Assembly (NCBI GenBank): GCA_017522765.1
Contig: JAFWYG010000001.1
Coordinates: forward strand, 411,291-475,290
Direction of reading: 5' to 3'
DNA length: 64,000 bases
DNA from: Clostridia bacterium
GTDB taxonomy: Bacteria > Bacillota > Clostridia > TANB77 > UBA1234
Numbering within the stretch: position 1 is the first letter of the stretch; every line of letters starts with the position of its first letter. The translations under genes and the position numbers were made by a program. The notes under the pieces were generated by a model. It made no database searches. It saw nothing but the letters and a program-made list of their open reading frames with translations, and had not been told where the DNA came from. Shown one piece after another: positions 9,350 through 18,392 of this stretch.

Positions 9350-10357
9350 ATGAAGAGATTCGGAACCGCTTGGCTTACAACCAATCGGAATTGCAACAAC
9401 AACTGCAGTTGGTGTTATGCAAAAAACACATTAGGGACCAAAGCTGTAATGGATTTGGAACAAACCAAAATTGCTGTGGATGAACTCAAACGTCGCGGTG
9501 TCAAAAAGATAGTTCTCATTGGCGGAGAACCTACGATATATCCTCATTTTTTCGAATTGTCAAAATATATTGCTGAATCAGGAATTCAGGTTTCTGTTGC
9601 AAGCAACGGTCGTAAATTTGCAAATATGGAATTTGTAACTAAGACAAAAGAGGCTGGAATTAGCGGAGTTGATATTTCTATTAAAGCAATTACCGAAGAG
9701 GAATATCATGCTAATACGCATTCGTTTGGCCTTAAAGAAATGTTGAAAGGTTATCACAATTTGAAATCTTCGGGAGTGCATGTATCTACTTCATATGTGA
9801 TTGTTGATGATGACAAGAAACATTTTGACGATTTTGTGAGTTTCTTGGAAAGAGAACAAATTGCATCTGTGTTTATTCAATTTGTGAAACCGACACTGAG
9901 TTTGGAAACAACGTACGAAATTATGCCTCTGGATAAGATGGGGAAATTTGTGACGTATGTATATGAGCGTCTTTCAAAAACAAATATCGATTATACATTG
10001 GAAATTTCTTTCCCAATTTGTCTTATTGATGAAGAAATTTGGGATAAGTTGCTTAAGGAAAATCGTATTTCGAATTGCTGCCACGTACCACGTGGAAGTG
10101 GAATAAATATCGATGAAAAGTTCAGAGTACTTCCGTGTAATCATTTTGCGGAATTTCCATTTGCAGAAACTCCGGTTGATTTTGCAGACCAAACCGCGTT
10201 AGACAAATTGTATGAAACTGCTGCGGTTAAAGAGTTTAGAGCGACTGCAAGAATGTATCCTGCTGAAAAATGTCAGACTTGCGATAAATGGAACATTTGC
10301 GGAGGCGGATGTTTTACCAGATGGCTGATGGAAGATCCTAATGCCTACATCAAGTGA
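9350..10357 (+). CDS. radical SAM/SPASM-domain peptide-modifying enzyme (compact, no RRE domain)
   Basis: CNNNCSWC (CX3CX2C) at residues 15-22. The C-terminal SPASM cysteines are CCHVPRGSG...LPCNH...CQTCDKWNICGGGC. 335 aa. GC content is clearly above the neighbouring genes. SD AAGGAGGAAGAC. Confidence 0.85.
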   Translation: MKRFGTAWLTTNRNCNNNCSWCYAKNTLGTKAVMDLEQTKIAVDELKRRGVKKIVLIGGEPTIYPHFFELSKYIAESGIQVSVASNGRKFANMEFVTKTKEAGISGVDISIKAITEEEYHANTHSFGLKEMLKGYHNLKSSGVHVSTSYVIVDDDKKHFDDFVSFLEREQIASVFIQFVKPTLSLETTYEIMPLDKMGKFVTYVYERLSKTNIDYTLEISFPICLIDEEIWDKLLKENRISNCCHVPRGSGINIDEKFRVLPCNHFAEFPFAETPVDFADQTALDKLYETAAVKEFRATARMYPAEKCQTCDKWNICGGGCFTRWLMEDPNAYIK

Positions 10358-10444
10358 TTTCTAAATCAACTTAAGCTTAATAAAAATGGTGTGTAAGAGC
10401 AAAGTTGATTTTTGAAATAAATACTGAGAAAGGAGGAAGACATC

Positions 10445-10627
10445 ATGAGTAAGCTTCAAATGTTGCTCGGTAGATATGCTGGTACCAGAAGTGCTGCTCC
10501 TGTGGCGCGTGGCGTGAGAGTTGCGTATAACATGGAATGCGGTGCGGCCGGTAACTTCGGCAAAGACTGTAGTGATCCTCGCGATTGCGACTGCGATTGC
10601 GTGTATGATGACGACGATAACTATTAA
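10445..10627 (+). CDS. putative RiPP precursor peptide (60 aa, Cys/Asp-rich C-terminus)
   Basis: MSKLQMLLGRYAGTRSAAPVARGVRVAYNMECGAAGNFGKDCSDPRDCDCDCVYDDDDNY. Strong SD AAAGGAGGAAGAC, nearly identical to that of the upstream rSAM gene. An intrinsic terminator follows immediately. Confidence 0.6.
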   Translation: MSKLQMLLGRYAGTRSAAPVARGVRVAYNMECGAAGNFGKDCSDPRDCDCDCVYDDDDNY

Positions 10628-10638
10628 CAAATAATGCG

Positions 10639-10668
10639 AACGGCTCGGGAATTTCCCGAGCCGTTTTG
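10639..10668 (+). terminator. intrinsic terminator after the precursor peptide
   Basis: AACGGCTCGGGA/TCCCGAGCCGTT hairpin followed by TTTG. Confidence 0.75.
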
Positions 10669-10762
10669 AATTGCATATTAAATTAACAAAAATAATATAC
10701 TTTTTTAGAAAAGTTGAATAAAATATAAGCGATAAAATTATTTTTTGAATAAGGAGGTAATC

Positions 10763-11290
10763 ATGAACGCGGTAGTTGTTTATAGATCAAAGTATGGATC
10801 TACAAAAGCTTATGCTGAATGGATTTCAGAAGAGTTGGGTTGTGATATTTTTGAGTATAAAGAAATAAAAATAGACGACCTACTAAAGTATGACACTATA
10901 ATTTATGGCGGAGGATTATATGCTGAAGTTATTAATGGTGTTTATTTGTTAACTAAAAATATGGATAAGTTAAAAGGTAAAAAGATAGCAGTTTATTCAA
11001 CGGGGATTACACCATTAGAGTATAGAGAATATTATGATAAGTTAGTTATCCAAAAGAATTTTACACCAGAGATGTTAGAACAAATTAAAGTGTTTAATTT
11101 TATGGGGAAAATGATTTTAGAAGAGTTATCATTACCACATAGAACTGCAATTAAAGCTTTAAAAGCCTTAATGAAAAATAAAGAAAATCCGACAGAAATG
11201 GAAAAGTTACTAATTACACTTTGTGATGCAAGCGGTGATTTTACAGATAGGACTGCGATAAAAGAATTAATAGACTATGTAAAAATGTAG
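10763..11290 (+). CDS. flavodoxin-domain protein
   Basis: MNAVVVYRSKYGSTKAYAEWISEEL flavodoxin-like N-terminus. SD AAGGAGG. The tracked TTG start at 10745 lies inside the SD. Confidence 0.65.
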   Translation: MNAVVVYRSKYGSTKAYAEWISEELGCDIFEYKEIKIDDLLKYDTIIYGGGLYAEVINGVYLLTKNMDKLKGKKIAVYSTGITPLEYREYYDKLVIQKNFTPEMLEQIKVFNFMGKMILEELSLPHRTAIKALKALMKNKENPTEMEKLLITLCDASGDFTDRTAIKELIDYVKM

Positions 11291-11301
11291 GAGGTTTAAA
11301 T

Positions 11302-12453
11302 ATGAGTATTGTAATGCCAAACTATGAACATGGAGTATTAAACACAACAGCATCTATTTTGAAATATTATGGTGTTGAGACTAAATATAATACGTTGAGT
11401 ACTTTAGATGAATATTTAGCTAGTGATAAAAAATATAAGAATATAATTTTATTAATCATGGATGGCATGGGTGAACATGTTTTAAATAATATTTCGCCAG
11501 AGGGTTTTTTAAATAAAAATAAAAAGACAGTAGGAACTGCGGTTTATCCTTCAACAACAACAGCTTCTCTTACTACATATTATGCGGGGAAACCACCTTA
11601 TGAAACAGGTTGGATTGCTTGGTCTCAATATTTTAAAGAACTTGGAAGAGCTGTGGATTTGTTAAAACATACAGAGTCTTATGAAGGGCAACCTTTAAAA
11701 GGAACTGGTTTAAAAAAGTTTAAAGAAGTAATTAAATATAAAACAATATTTGATCAAATTAAAGAATCTTCACCAGAAACAGAAGTGTTTGAAGTTATGC
11801 CAGAATATTCGGAGCGTCGTGCTTATAATACTTTGGATGCTGATAATATTGATGAAATTATTGATGATATAAACATATTATTGAAGTTGCCATCGAACAC
11901 TTTTATAATGGCATACTCAGATAACCCAGATGGAATCCTTCACAAATATGGTACAGATTCTGCTGAAGCGAAAGAATATTTGTTAGATGCAGAGAAGAAG
12001 ATAGAGAACTTTGCTAATAATTTACCAGCAGATACTTTATTAATTATTTCTGCAGATCATGGTCATAGAAATATTGACAAAGCATACACATTGTTAGATT
12101 ATCCTGATATCTGGGAATGCTTATTAATGCCACCAGCTTTAGAATCAAGAGTTGTAGGTTTCTATGTAAAAGAAAATATGAGAGAAACTTTTGTTGAAAG
12201 ATTTAACAGCAAATTTAAAGATGAGTTTTGGCTTATGACTAAAGAAGAATTTTTAGATAAAAAGTTTTTAGGAGACGGAGATAAGCATCCAAAGATAGAT
12301 GATTTTATTGGAAATTATGTGGCGGTATCAACGAGTGGAAGTATTATTAGACTAGAAACATTTTTGACTGAAGGAAAACCAATTAAAAAATCTACTCATG
12401 CAGGTTTAACAAAAGAAGAAATGGAAATTCCAATTATAATAATAGAAAAATAA
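11302..12453 (+). CDS. alkaline-phosphatase-superfamily protein (type I phosphodiesterase/nucleotide pyrophosphatase-like)
   Basis: LIMDGMG and ISADHGH metal-ligand motifs. SD AGGAGG. Confidence 0.65.
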   Translation: MSIVMPNYEHGVLNTTASILKYYGVETKYNTLSTLDEYLASDKKYKNIILLIMDGMGEHVLNNISPEGFLNKNKKTVGTAVYPSTTTASLTTYYAGKPPYETGWIAWSQYFKELGRAVDLLKHTESYEGQPLKGTGLKKFKEVIKYKTIFDQIKESSPETEVFEVMPEYSERRAYNTLDADNIDEIIDDINILLKLPSNTFIMAYSDNPDGILHKYGTDSAEAKEYLLDAEKKIENFANNLPADTLLIISADHGHRNIDKAYTLLDYPDIWECLLMPPALESRVVGFYVKENMRETFVERFNSKFKDEFWLMTKEEFLDKKFLGDGDKHPKIDDFIGNYVAVSTSGSIIRLETFLTEGKPIKKSTHAGLTKEEMEIPIIIIEK

Positions 12454-12456
12454 AAA

Positions 12457-12490
12457 GCGCCCCGCAAAATAGGTTTGCGGGGCATTTGTT
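12457..12490. terminator. bidirectional intrinsic terminator
   Basis: GCCCCGCAAA/TTTGCGGGGC hairpin with flanking A and T runs. Confidence 0.75.
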
Positions 12491-12496
12491 AGTTGT

Positions 12497-12961
12497 TTAA
12501 TTTTTCTTCTGAGCAGCCAAGAGGCAGGTGTCGATAAGAGCAATCATTTTGAAAGAATCAGAAAGACGTGCAGCGGTATCCATAAGAAAATACTTTGCGC
12601 AGAATTTGATTTTGGGATTGCTTACCGGAATATGTTTTTCAGGTTCCAACGTTCTCATCGTAAGATACATGCGATAAGTCTGCAGGAATGTGCAGTCGGA
12701 TTGCTTGATGCGCGTTGCGAGCTGGGCATAGATTTCTTTGTGAATCATGACCATTTCTGCAAATGTGCGGTCGGCGAAAGTGGGAATCCACTCCTGAACT
12801 TGTTCCGGGGTATAATTCTTATTTTCGATGTATTCGGTGAGATTTGTAAGTTCGTTGATGATTCGTGCTTCGTTCGGCTTACCGAAGATTACCTTGCTAA
12901 TAACCTGTTTGGCAATAGTTTGATTCTTTTTTCTCCGGGGATAACTTGATGTTTCACTCAT
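12497..12961 (-). CDS. hypothetical protein, GC-rich relative to the neighbourhood
   Basis: 154-aa ORF starting MSETSSYPRRKK with SD AAAGGA. No motif was recognised. Confidence 0.45.
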   Translation of the reverse strand: MSETSSYPRRKKNQTIAKQVISKVIFGKPNEARIINELTNLTEYIENKNYTPEQVQEWIPTFADRTFAEMVMIHKEIYAQLATRIKQSDCTFLQTYRMYLTMRTLEPEKHIPVSNPKIKFCAKYFLMDTAARLSDSFKMIALIDTCLLAAQKKN

Positions 12962-13138
12962 TAGAAGAATTTCCTTTCTACAGAAACGGAATTTGATTAG
13001 TGATATTTCTGCACGAATAGTATACCACAAAATTATGTAAAATGCAATGCTTAAGAGCTTAGGATTACCTGTTACAAATTTTGTGGCTTTTTATAAAATG
13101 TGATAAAATAAGGACAATATAATTTGGAGGATATGTAA

Positions 13139-13906
13139 ATGGATGAGTTAGTTTTTAAAATTGCAGATGCAGTAAAAAGATGCAGCAAGATAATGATTAA
13201 TATAAATGAAGATTTAGGAATAGAACCAAAAGAAGGAATCGGTAATTTTGTTACACGTTATGATAAAGAAGTTGAAAACAATTTAAGAGAAGAATTATTA
13301 TCAATTATTCCTAATGCTGGTTTCTTTGGTGAAGAGGGAGAAGAAAAATCAAGAATATTAGAAAACGGGTATACTTTTATTGTTGATCCAATAGATGGTA
13401 CTACTAATTTTGCAAGAGGTCTTGATATGAGTACAATTTCTGTTGGTTTGTTGAAAGATGCTAAACCTTTTATAGGCGTTTGTTATAATCCTTATAGAGA
13501 TGAAATGTTTATCGCACAAAAAGGAAAAGGCTCATATTTAAACGGAGAAAAATTACATGTGTCTAATAAAAAATTAACTGAAGGCTTAGTATATATGGGA
13601 AGCGCTGCTTACTATGAAGAGTTAAAAGACAAGACTATAGATATGGTGTCTAAATTAATCCGTGTAGCTAATGATTTTAGAAGATTTGGTTCTGCTTCAT
13701 ATGAATTGTGCTTAGTTGCTGCTGGACATGTAGAAGCTTTATATGAAATGAGATTACAACCTTGGGACATCGCTGCTGGAGTTTTAATGATTGAAGAAGC
13801 TGGGGGAAAAGTAACAACAATTGATGGTGGAGAAATTATTTATTCAGAACCAACATCTATAATAGCTTCAAACAATTGCGATGATTATTTAGGGTACTTA
13901 CAATAA
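13139..13906 (+). CDS. suhB: inositol monophosphatase family protein
   Basis: IVDPIDGTTNF and WDIAAG motifs. Confidence 0.85.
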   Translation: MDELVFKIADAVKRCSKIMININEDLGIEPKEGIGNFVTRYDKEVENNLREELLSIIPNAGFFGEEGEEKSRILENGYTFIVDPIDGTTNFARGLDMSTISVGLLKDAKPFIGVCYNPYRDEMFIAQKGKGSYLNGEKLHVSNKKLTEGLVYMGSAAYYEELKDKTIDMVSKLIRVANDFRRFGSASYELCLVAAGHVEALYEMRLQPWDIAAGVLMIEEAGGKVTTIDGGEIIYSEPTSIIASNNCDDYLGYLQ

Positions 13907-13943
13907 TATAAGTTGTATATTTTTTATATAAAGGGGGATTAAA

Positions 13944-14477
13944 ATGAATATAGAAATTGAAGAAAGAGTATTAGATGTTGATGTAGAAAAAATGATAGAA
14001 AAACTTGAAAGCTTAGGGGCAAGTAAGGTCGGCGAATGGCATCAGAAAAGATATGTATATGATTTTAATCCGGTAAGAGAAAATGAATGGATACGTTTAA
14101 GAACTAATGGAGAGAAAGTTACGCTTACATATAAAAATATTGAGGATGTAAGTTTAACTGGTACAAGAGAACTAGAAGTTGAAGTAGAAGATTTTGAAAA
14201 AACAAACGAGTTATTAAATATTCTTGGATATATGCCAAAAGCTTTTCAAGAAAATAAACGAATTAGATATTTATTAAATGGAGTAGAAGTAGATATTGAT
14301 TCATGGCCGCTTATTCCACCGTATATGGAAATTGAAGGTAAGGATAAATCTGAAGTTGAATCCATAGAAATTTTACTTGAAGTGGATAAAGAAAAAATAA
14401 CTTACTTAAATTGTAGTGATATTTATAAAACTATTTATGGAATAGATAGTTCAAAAATTAAAGAATTAAAATTTTAA
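13944..14477 (+). CDS. CYTH-domain protein (class IV adenylyl cyclase/triphosphatase family)
   Basis: N-terminal EIEERVLDV (the EIERKFLV-like motif). 177 aa with a beta-barrel-type pattern. SD AAGGGGGA. Confidence 0.65.
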   Translation: MNIEIEERVLDVDVEKMIEKLESLGASKVGEWHQKRYVYDFNPVRENEWIRLRTNGEKVTLTYKNIEDVSLTGTRELEVEVEDFEKTNELLNILGYMPKAFQENKRIRYLLNGVEVDIDSWPLIPPYMEIEGKDKSEVESIEILLEVDKEKITYLNCSDIYKTIYGIDSSKIKELKF

Positions 14478-14489
14478 AAACTAAAACGC

Positions 14490-14522
14490 CTGCTTGAATA
14501 AACAAGTAGGCGTTTACTATTT
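14490..14522. terminator. probable intrinsic terminator between convergent genes
   Basis: AACGCCTGCTTG/CAAGTAGGCGTT hairpin with one mismatch. Confidence 0.5.
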
Positions 14523-14527
14523 GGTAA

Positions 14528-14863
14528 TTATACCGGTTTGTCCTTTTCGATGAAGCGGTTAATCTGTCTTACAAAGAAATGATATTGCGAGAAATTTTTG
14601 AATGCGAAGGTGAAGATAAGCTCACCGTTTTCCATACGCGTTACAGATTTGATGGTCGCTTTGGAGTTTGCAATCTTGAAAAGTTTCCAGTACGCGATGT
14701 ATGTGCGAATCATATCGGGATCACTTTCATTGTTTTTAAGTTCTTTGAAGATAGCTACCCAAAGCGAAGTTTGCTTCTCAAGTTTGGGGTAAATGAAACT
14801 TTTGGGAATCCGAAGTGACAAAGTCACATCGTATGACTGTATACCTAAGTTATCACGAATCAT
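14528..14863 (-). CDS. hypothetical protein
   Basis: 111-aa ORF with no recognised motif. Composition differs from the flanks. Confidence 0.4.
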   Translation of the reverse strand: MIRDNLGIQSYDVTLSLRIPKSFIYPKLEKQTSLWVAIFKELKNNESDPDMIRTYIAYWKLFKIANSKATIKSVTRMENGELIFTFAFKNFSQYHFFVRQINRFIEKDKPV

Positions 14864-15027
14864 AAGACACCTCTTTCTTAAATTTTGCCAAGTGAAATAT
14901 CGTTTGACTAGGATGTGTTTTTTTTGACGGGTTGATTATAGCATGTGGTTTACAAAAAATCAAGAAAAGGGTGAAAAAAGGCAACCCCAATGTCTTATGA
15001 CAGAGGGGTTGTAAACAAATTTGTTAA

Positions 15028-16683
15028 TTAGGTGCGAAGGTAATTGTAAAGATTTACGAAGTACTCTTCGACCATTCTGCTAGTCGAATACTGATTCGAG
15101 GTAACAATGGAAGCATACATCATGTTCTTCCAAACAGGTTTGTTTTCGTATGTGGGGAGCACCTCATATTTCAGAAGGTGCATCAGAGCTTTAGCATCAT
15201 TTTCGTCCTGGAAAGCGGTGCCGTATTCGCCGTTACCGATGTTCCAACCGTTGATGCCGTGCTGAGCAGCTTCACGCCACCAGCCATCGAGGGTGCTTAC
15301 GTTCAGAGTGCCGTTCATTGCGGCCTTCATACCAGAAGTACCACAGGCTTCCAGAGGAACACGAGGATTGTTCAGCCAAATGTCAGCGCCGGCAACGAGT
15401 TTCTGGGCCAGAGCGATGTCGTAGCCTTCCAGGAATACCACGTTGTTGGGATACTGCTGAGAAAGGTGATAAATCTCGGAGATATAACGCTTACCATGCT
15501 GATCGTGTCTGTGTGCCTTACCTGCGAAGACAATCTGGATACCGTACTCTCTGATGAGATACTCGAAACGTTCTCTTTCACGGAAGATAAGGTTCCAACG
15601 CTTGTACTCAGTTGCGCGTCTTGCGAATGCAATGAGGAATTTATCCTCTTTGAATTTGACTCCGGTTTTCTGCTCAATCAAATCGATGAGCTCGCGCTTG
15701 CATGCCTGATGTGCTTCATGGATGCCGTCAACATCCTTATGCTCGAATGCTCGTGCAATGTCGGGATGCTGCCAGGTGGGTTTGTGAACGCCATTAGTGA
15801 TTGCGATGATGTTGGGAGCGCCGGATACCCAGTGCCACATATCGCGAGCTGCGATAACCTGGATACGAGAAACGCCGTTTGCCATGGAAGAAAGGCGAAG
15901 AGACGCAACGGTCATGCCGAAGGGGTTTCCACCGATTCTTTCCAGCTGCTGATAAGACAGGCCGACATTTGCGCCAACCTCAATCATCATGTCGATGGGG
16001 TGAGATTCGTTGCCGGCAGGGACGTTGGTGTGGGTGGTAAAAGCAGTACGTTCTTTGACATGACGCCAAGCACGTTCGAAAGCTTCATTGTCACCCAGAT
16101 TAGGATCTTGTTCTTTGTAGAGTCTCATACGCTGAGAGATGAGTTCGAGTCCGGCAAAAGCAGGGTGACCATCGTTGTAATGGTAGCCATCAATCTTGAG
16201 ACCAAGCGCAGCAATAGCGCGGATGCCGCCGACGCCGAGGACGATTTCCTGAGCAATACGCTCTTTCTCAGAATCATTCCAAGCACCGCCGTACAGGTTG
16301 TGAGAGATGTTTGCGAGGTCGCCGTTTACTTCGAGATCGGTGTCCAGATAGTAAACAGGGCCGTTCTTCAGTTTCCAGATCTTAACGTGAATTGTGCGAC
16401 CAAAAACAGTAACGGTCACTTCTTTGCCTGTGTCTTCAACGAAGTTTGTGTAATTTGCGTTGCTGGATTCTTCATCGCGAATTTCGCCGCGGTCATTCAG
16501 CCGCTGCAGGCCGTATCCTTTTTTCCAGAGAAGATGGAAGAAGGTCATCGGATAAACCGTGGGGTTATCGATTACTTCTTTGATCATGTCGCCGGCAAGG
16601 ATTTCGAGGCCGCCTCCGTAGGTCAGGAAGTCGTTGTATATTCCGGAACCCATGGAGAAGTAAGCGATCTTTTTAGAATACAT
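15028..16683 (-). CDS. glgP: alpha-glucan (glycogen/maltodextrin) phosphorylase, short GT35 form
   Basis: PLP-site motif EACGTSGMKAAMNG. 551 aa. About 55-58% GC in sampled stretches versus about 30% in the flanks. SD GGAAGGAG. Confidence 0.88.
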   Translation of the reverse strand: MYSKKIAYFSMGSGIYNDFLTYGGGLEILAGDMIKEVIDNPTVYPMTFFHLLWKKGYGLQRLNDRGEIRDEESSNANYTNFVEDTGKEVTVTVFGRTIHVKIWKLKNGPVYYLDTDLEVNGDLANISHNLYGGAWNDSEKERIAQEIVLGVGGIRAIAALGLKIDGYHYNDGHPAFAGLELISQRMRLYKEQDPNLGDNEAFERAWRHVKERTAFTTHTNVPAGNESHPIDMMIEVGANVGLSYQQLERIGGNPFGMTVASLRLSSMANGVSRIQVIAARDMWHWVSGAPNIIAITNGVHKPTWQHPDIARAFEHKDVDGIHEAHQACKRELIDLIEQKTGVKFKEDKFLIAFARRATEYKRWNLIFRERERFEYLIREYGIQIVFAGKAHRHDQHGKRYISEIYHLSQQYPNNVVFLEGYDIALAQKLVAGADIWLNNPRVPLEACGTSGMKAAMNGTLNVSTLDGWWREAAQHGINGWNIGNGEYGTAFQDENDAKALMHLLKYEVLPTYENKPVWKNMMYASIVTSNQYSTSRMVEEYFVNLYNYLRT

Positions 16684-16927
16684 AAAAGCTCCTTCCTTCT
16701 ACATTGATTGTTGTAGATACATATATGAAAATATTTACGGACAGACAAAATGTTACACTATTTGATTTTGTTTGACAAGCTAAAAAAAATTTACGCAGTA
16801 AGAATAAATCTGAAAGTCAACTGTGGCAAGCTTTATAAATTTTTTTGAAATTAAAAAGGTTGAAAATCAAACATTGGTTATGGTATAAATATTATGTAAC
16901 AAAGAAAAAAACAAAGGAGAGATATGT

Positions 16928-17506
16928 ATGAAATTGTTTTCATCAGTGAATAGAAAAATTAAATTCAGAGAACAAGATTACATTGAAAAAAATTACATAA
17001 GAGCTGATGGAAAAGCAGTAATACCAATCTATTTAAAAAGTGTTGATGATATTTATATGAAACATGATTTTAAAAGATTAGTACTATCAGACGCAATAGT
17101 TGATTATATTGAAGAGGTTGCTTCAATAATTCCATTTAAATATGACATTGTGTTAGAGTTCCATTGTCCAAAGATTGAAGAATGGGAACAAAATAAGATT
17201 AGAAAAGTTGTTAGAAATAATTTTGGTATGGATATTGATGATGTTGACTATGAAAATAGAATGAATAATTTTGTGGCAACAGCATTAACATTACTTGGAA
17301 TTTTACTTTTGGTATTGGCATATAGTGTAGAAGCTTTAGCTCAAAGTGTAATTCAAGAAATTATATTTATCATAGGCTGGGTTCTTGTGTGGGATATGCT
17401 TGAAACTATACTATTTGATAACAATAAAAGAAAAATAAAAAGATTAAATAAATTGCAATTATATGATAGCAGAATAGAATTTATCGAATATGAATCGAAA
17501 GATTAA
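16928..17506 (+). CDS. hypothetical membrane protein (2 predicted TM)
   Basis: Hydrophobic stretches ALTLLGILLLVLAY and IIFIIGWVLVW. Confidence 0.45.
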   Translation: MKLFSSVNRKIKFREQDYIEKNYIRADGKAVIPIYLKSVDDIYMKHDFKRLVLSDAIVDYIEEVASIIPFKYDIVLEFHCPKIEEWEQNKIRKVVRNNFGMDIDDVDYENRMNNFVATALTLLGILLLVLAYSVEALAQSVIQEIIFIIGWVLVWDMLETILFDNNKRKIKRLNKLQLYDSRIEFIEYESKD

Positions 17507-17562
17507 GAAAGAGTTATATGCGGAACGGAGTGACGCATATAGTATTTCTTTTTATAGAATGT

Positions 17563-17597
17563 AAAAAGGCTGAATTAAATTCAGCCTTTTTTGTTTG
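17563..17597. terminator. bidirectional intrinsic terminator
   Basis: AAAAAGGCTGAATT/AATTCAGCCTTTTT hairpin. Confidence 0.75.
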
Positions 17598-17600
17598 TTT

Positions 17601-18266
17601 TTACATTACATAGAATAATTCTCCAAAGAATTGTAACACGCTTCCGGCAAGTACAAATAGATGAAAGATAGAGTGAAAATATTTTTTCTTTTTACCAACA
17701 CCATATAATATTGCACCGATTGTATAGCAAATTCCTCCACTTAAAAAGAAAGTAAATCCACCCCAACCGATACCAGCAATTAATGGTTTTAAATAAAATA
17801 CTACACACCATCCCATAACTAAATAGCAGAACATAGAAAATTTCTTTGTGCTTTTTAAGTCAATAGAATTGAATGTGATTCCAAGTGCTGTTGTGGTCCA
17901 AATAATTCCAAACAGCCACCATCCAGCAGCTGTATTTTGTTCTCTAATTGTGCAAAGTGCTACAGGTGTATAACATCCTGCTATAAGCAAGAATATAGAA
18001 CAATGATCTAACACTTGAAATACTTTTTTTGCCATAAGTTTAGGACTAAGTCCGTGATAAATACTTGAGATTGTATATAAGATAATTAGTGTTGCTCCAT
18101 AAATCGAACCACTAACGATACCATAAACGTTGTCATGAATGGCTGCCATTATTATGCATAATACAGTAGCAGTTATACCAAAAGCGCCACCAACAATGTG
18201 CGAAACCATGTTAAATATTTCTTCTCCTCTTGTGTATGAAGGGAGTATGCGGTCTTTTAACTTTGT
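17601..18266 (-). CDS. hemolysin-III (PAQR/Hly-III) family membrane protein
   Basis: Seven-TM pattern with conserved His residues (HIVG, YH, HCSIF, HLFV). SD GGAGGT precedes the ATG at 18266; the tracked ORF extends to 18392 with no SD. Confidence 0.75.
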   Translation of the reverse strand, partial: TKLKDRILPSYTRGEEIFNMVSHIVGGAFGITATVLCIIMAAIHDNVYGIVSGSIYGATLIILYTISSIYHGLSPKLMAKKVFQVLDHCSIFLLIAGCYTPVALCTIREQNTAAGWWLFGIIWTTTALGITFNSIDLKSTKKFSMFCYLVMGWCVVFYLKPLIAGIGWGGFTFFLSGGICYTIGAILYGVGKKKKYFHSIFHLFVLAGSVLQFFGELFYVM

Positions 18267-18392
18267 TCTTTGCATAGCGACCTCCTTTTTACTGAAACTA
18301 ATTATAATTAGAAAAATAAATGATGTCAATTCCTTACGGCTTGAAGAATTCAAAGGTATATGATAGATTATATTCATTGGAGGAAAAGGCAA

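Noticed and set aside
10361-10676. Minus-strand ORFs overlapping the putative precursor peptide and its terminator
   Set aside because: They have no SD and run through the terminator hairpin. The + strand peptide ORF has a near-perfect SD and a sensible leader/core layout.
15178-16707. 509-aa ORF on the + strand, plus nested ORFs 15318..15554, 15372..15677 and 15678..15908
   Set aside because: It lies entirely antisense to the glgP-like gene. GC-rich coding DNA generates long stop-free antisense frames. The translation is low-complexity and Val/Ala/Cys-rich with no SD.
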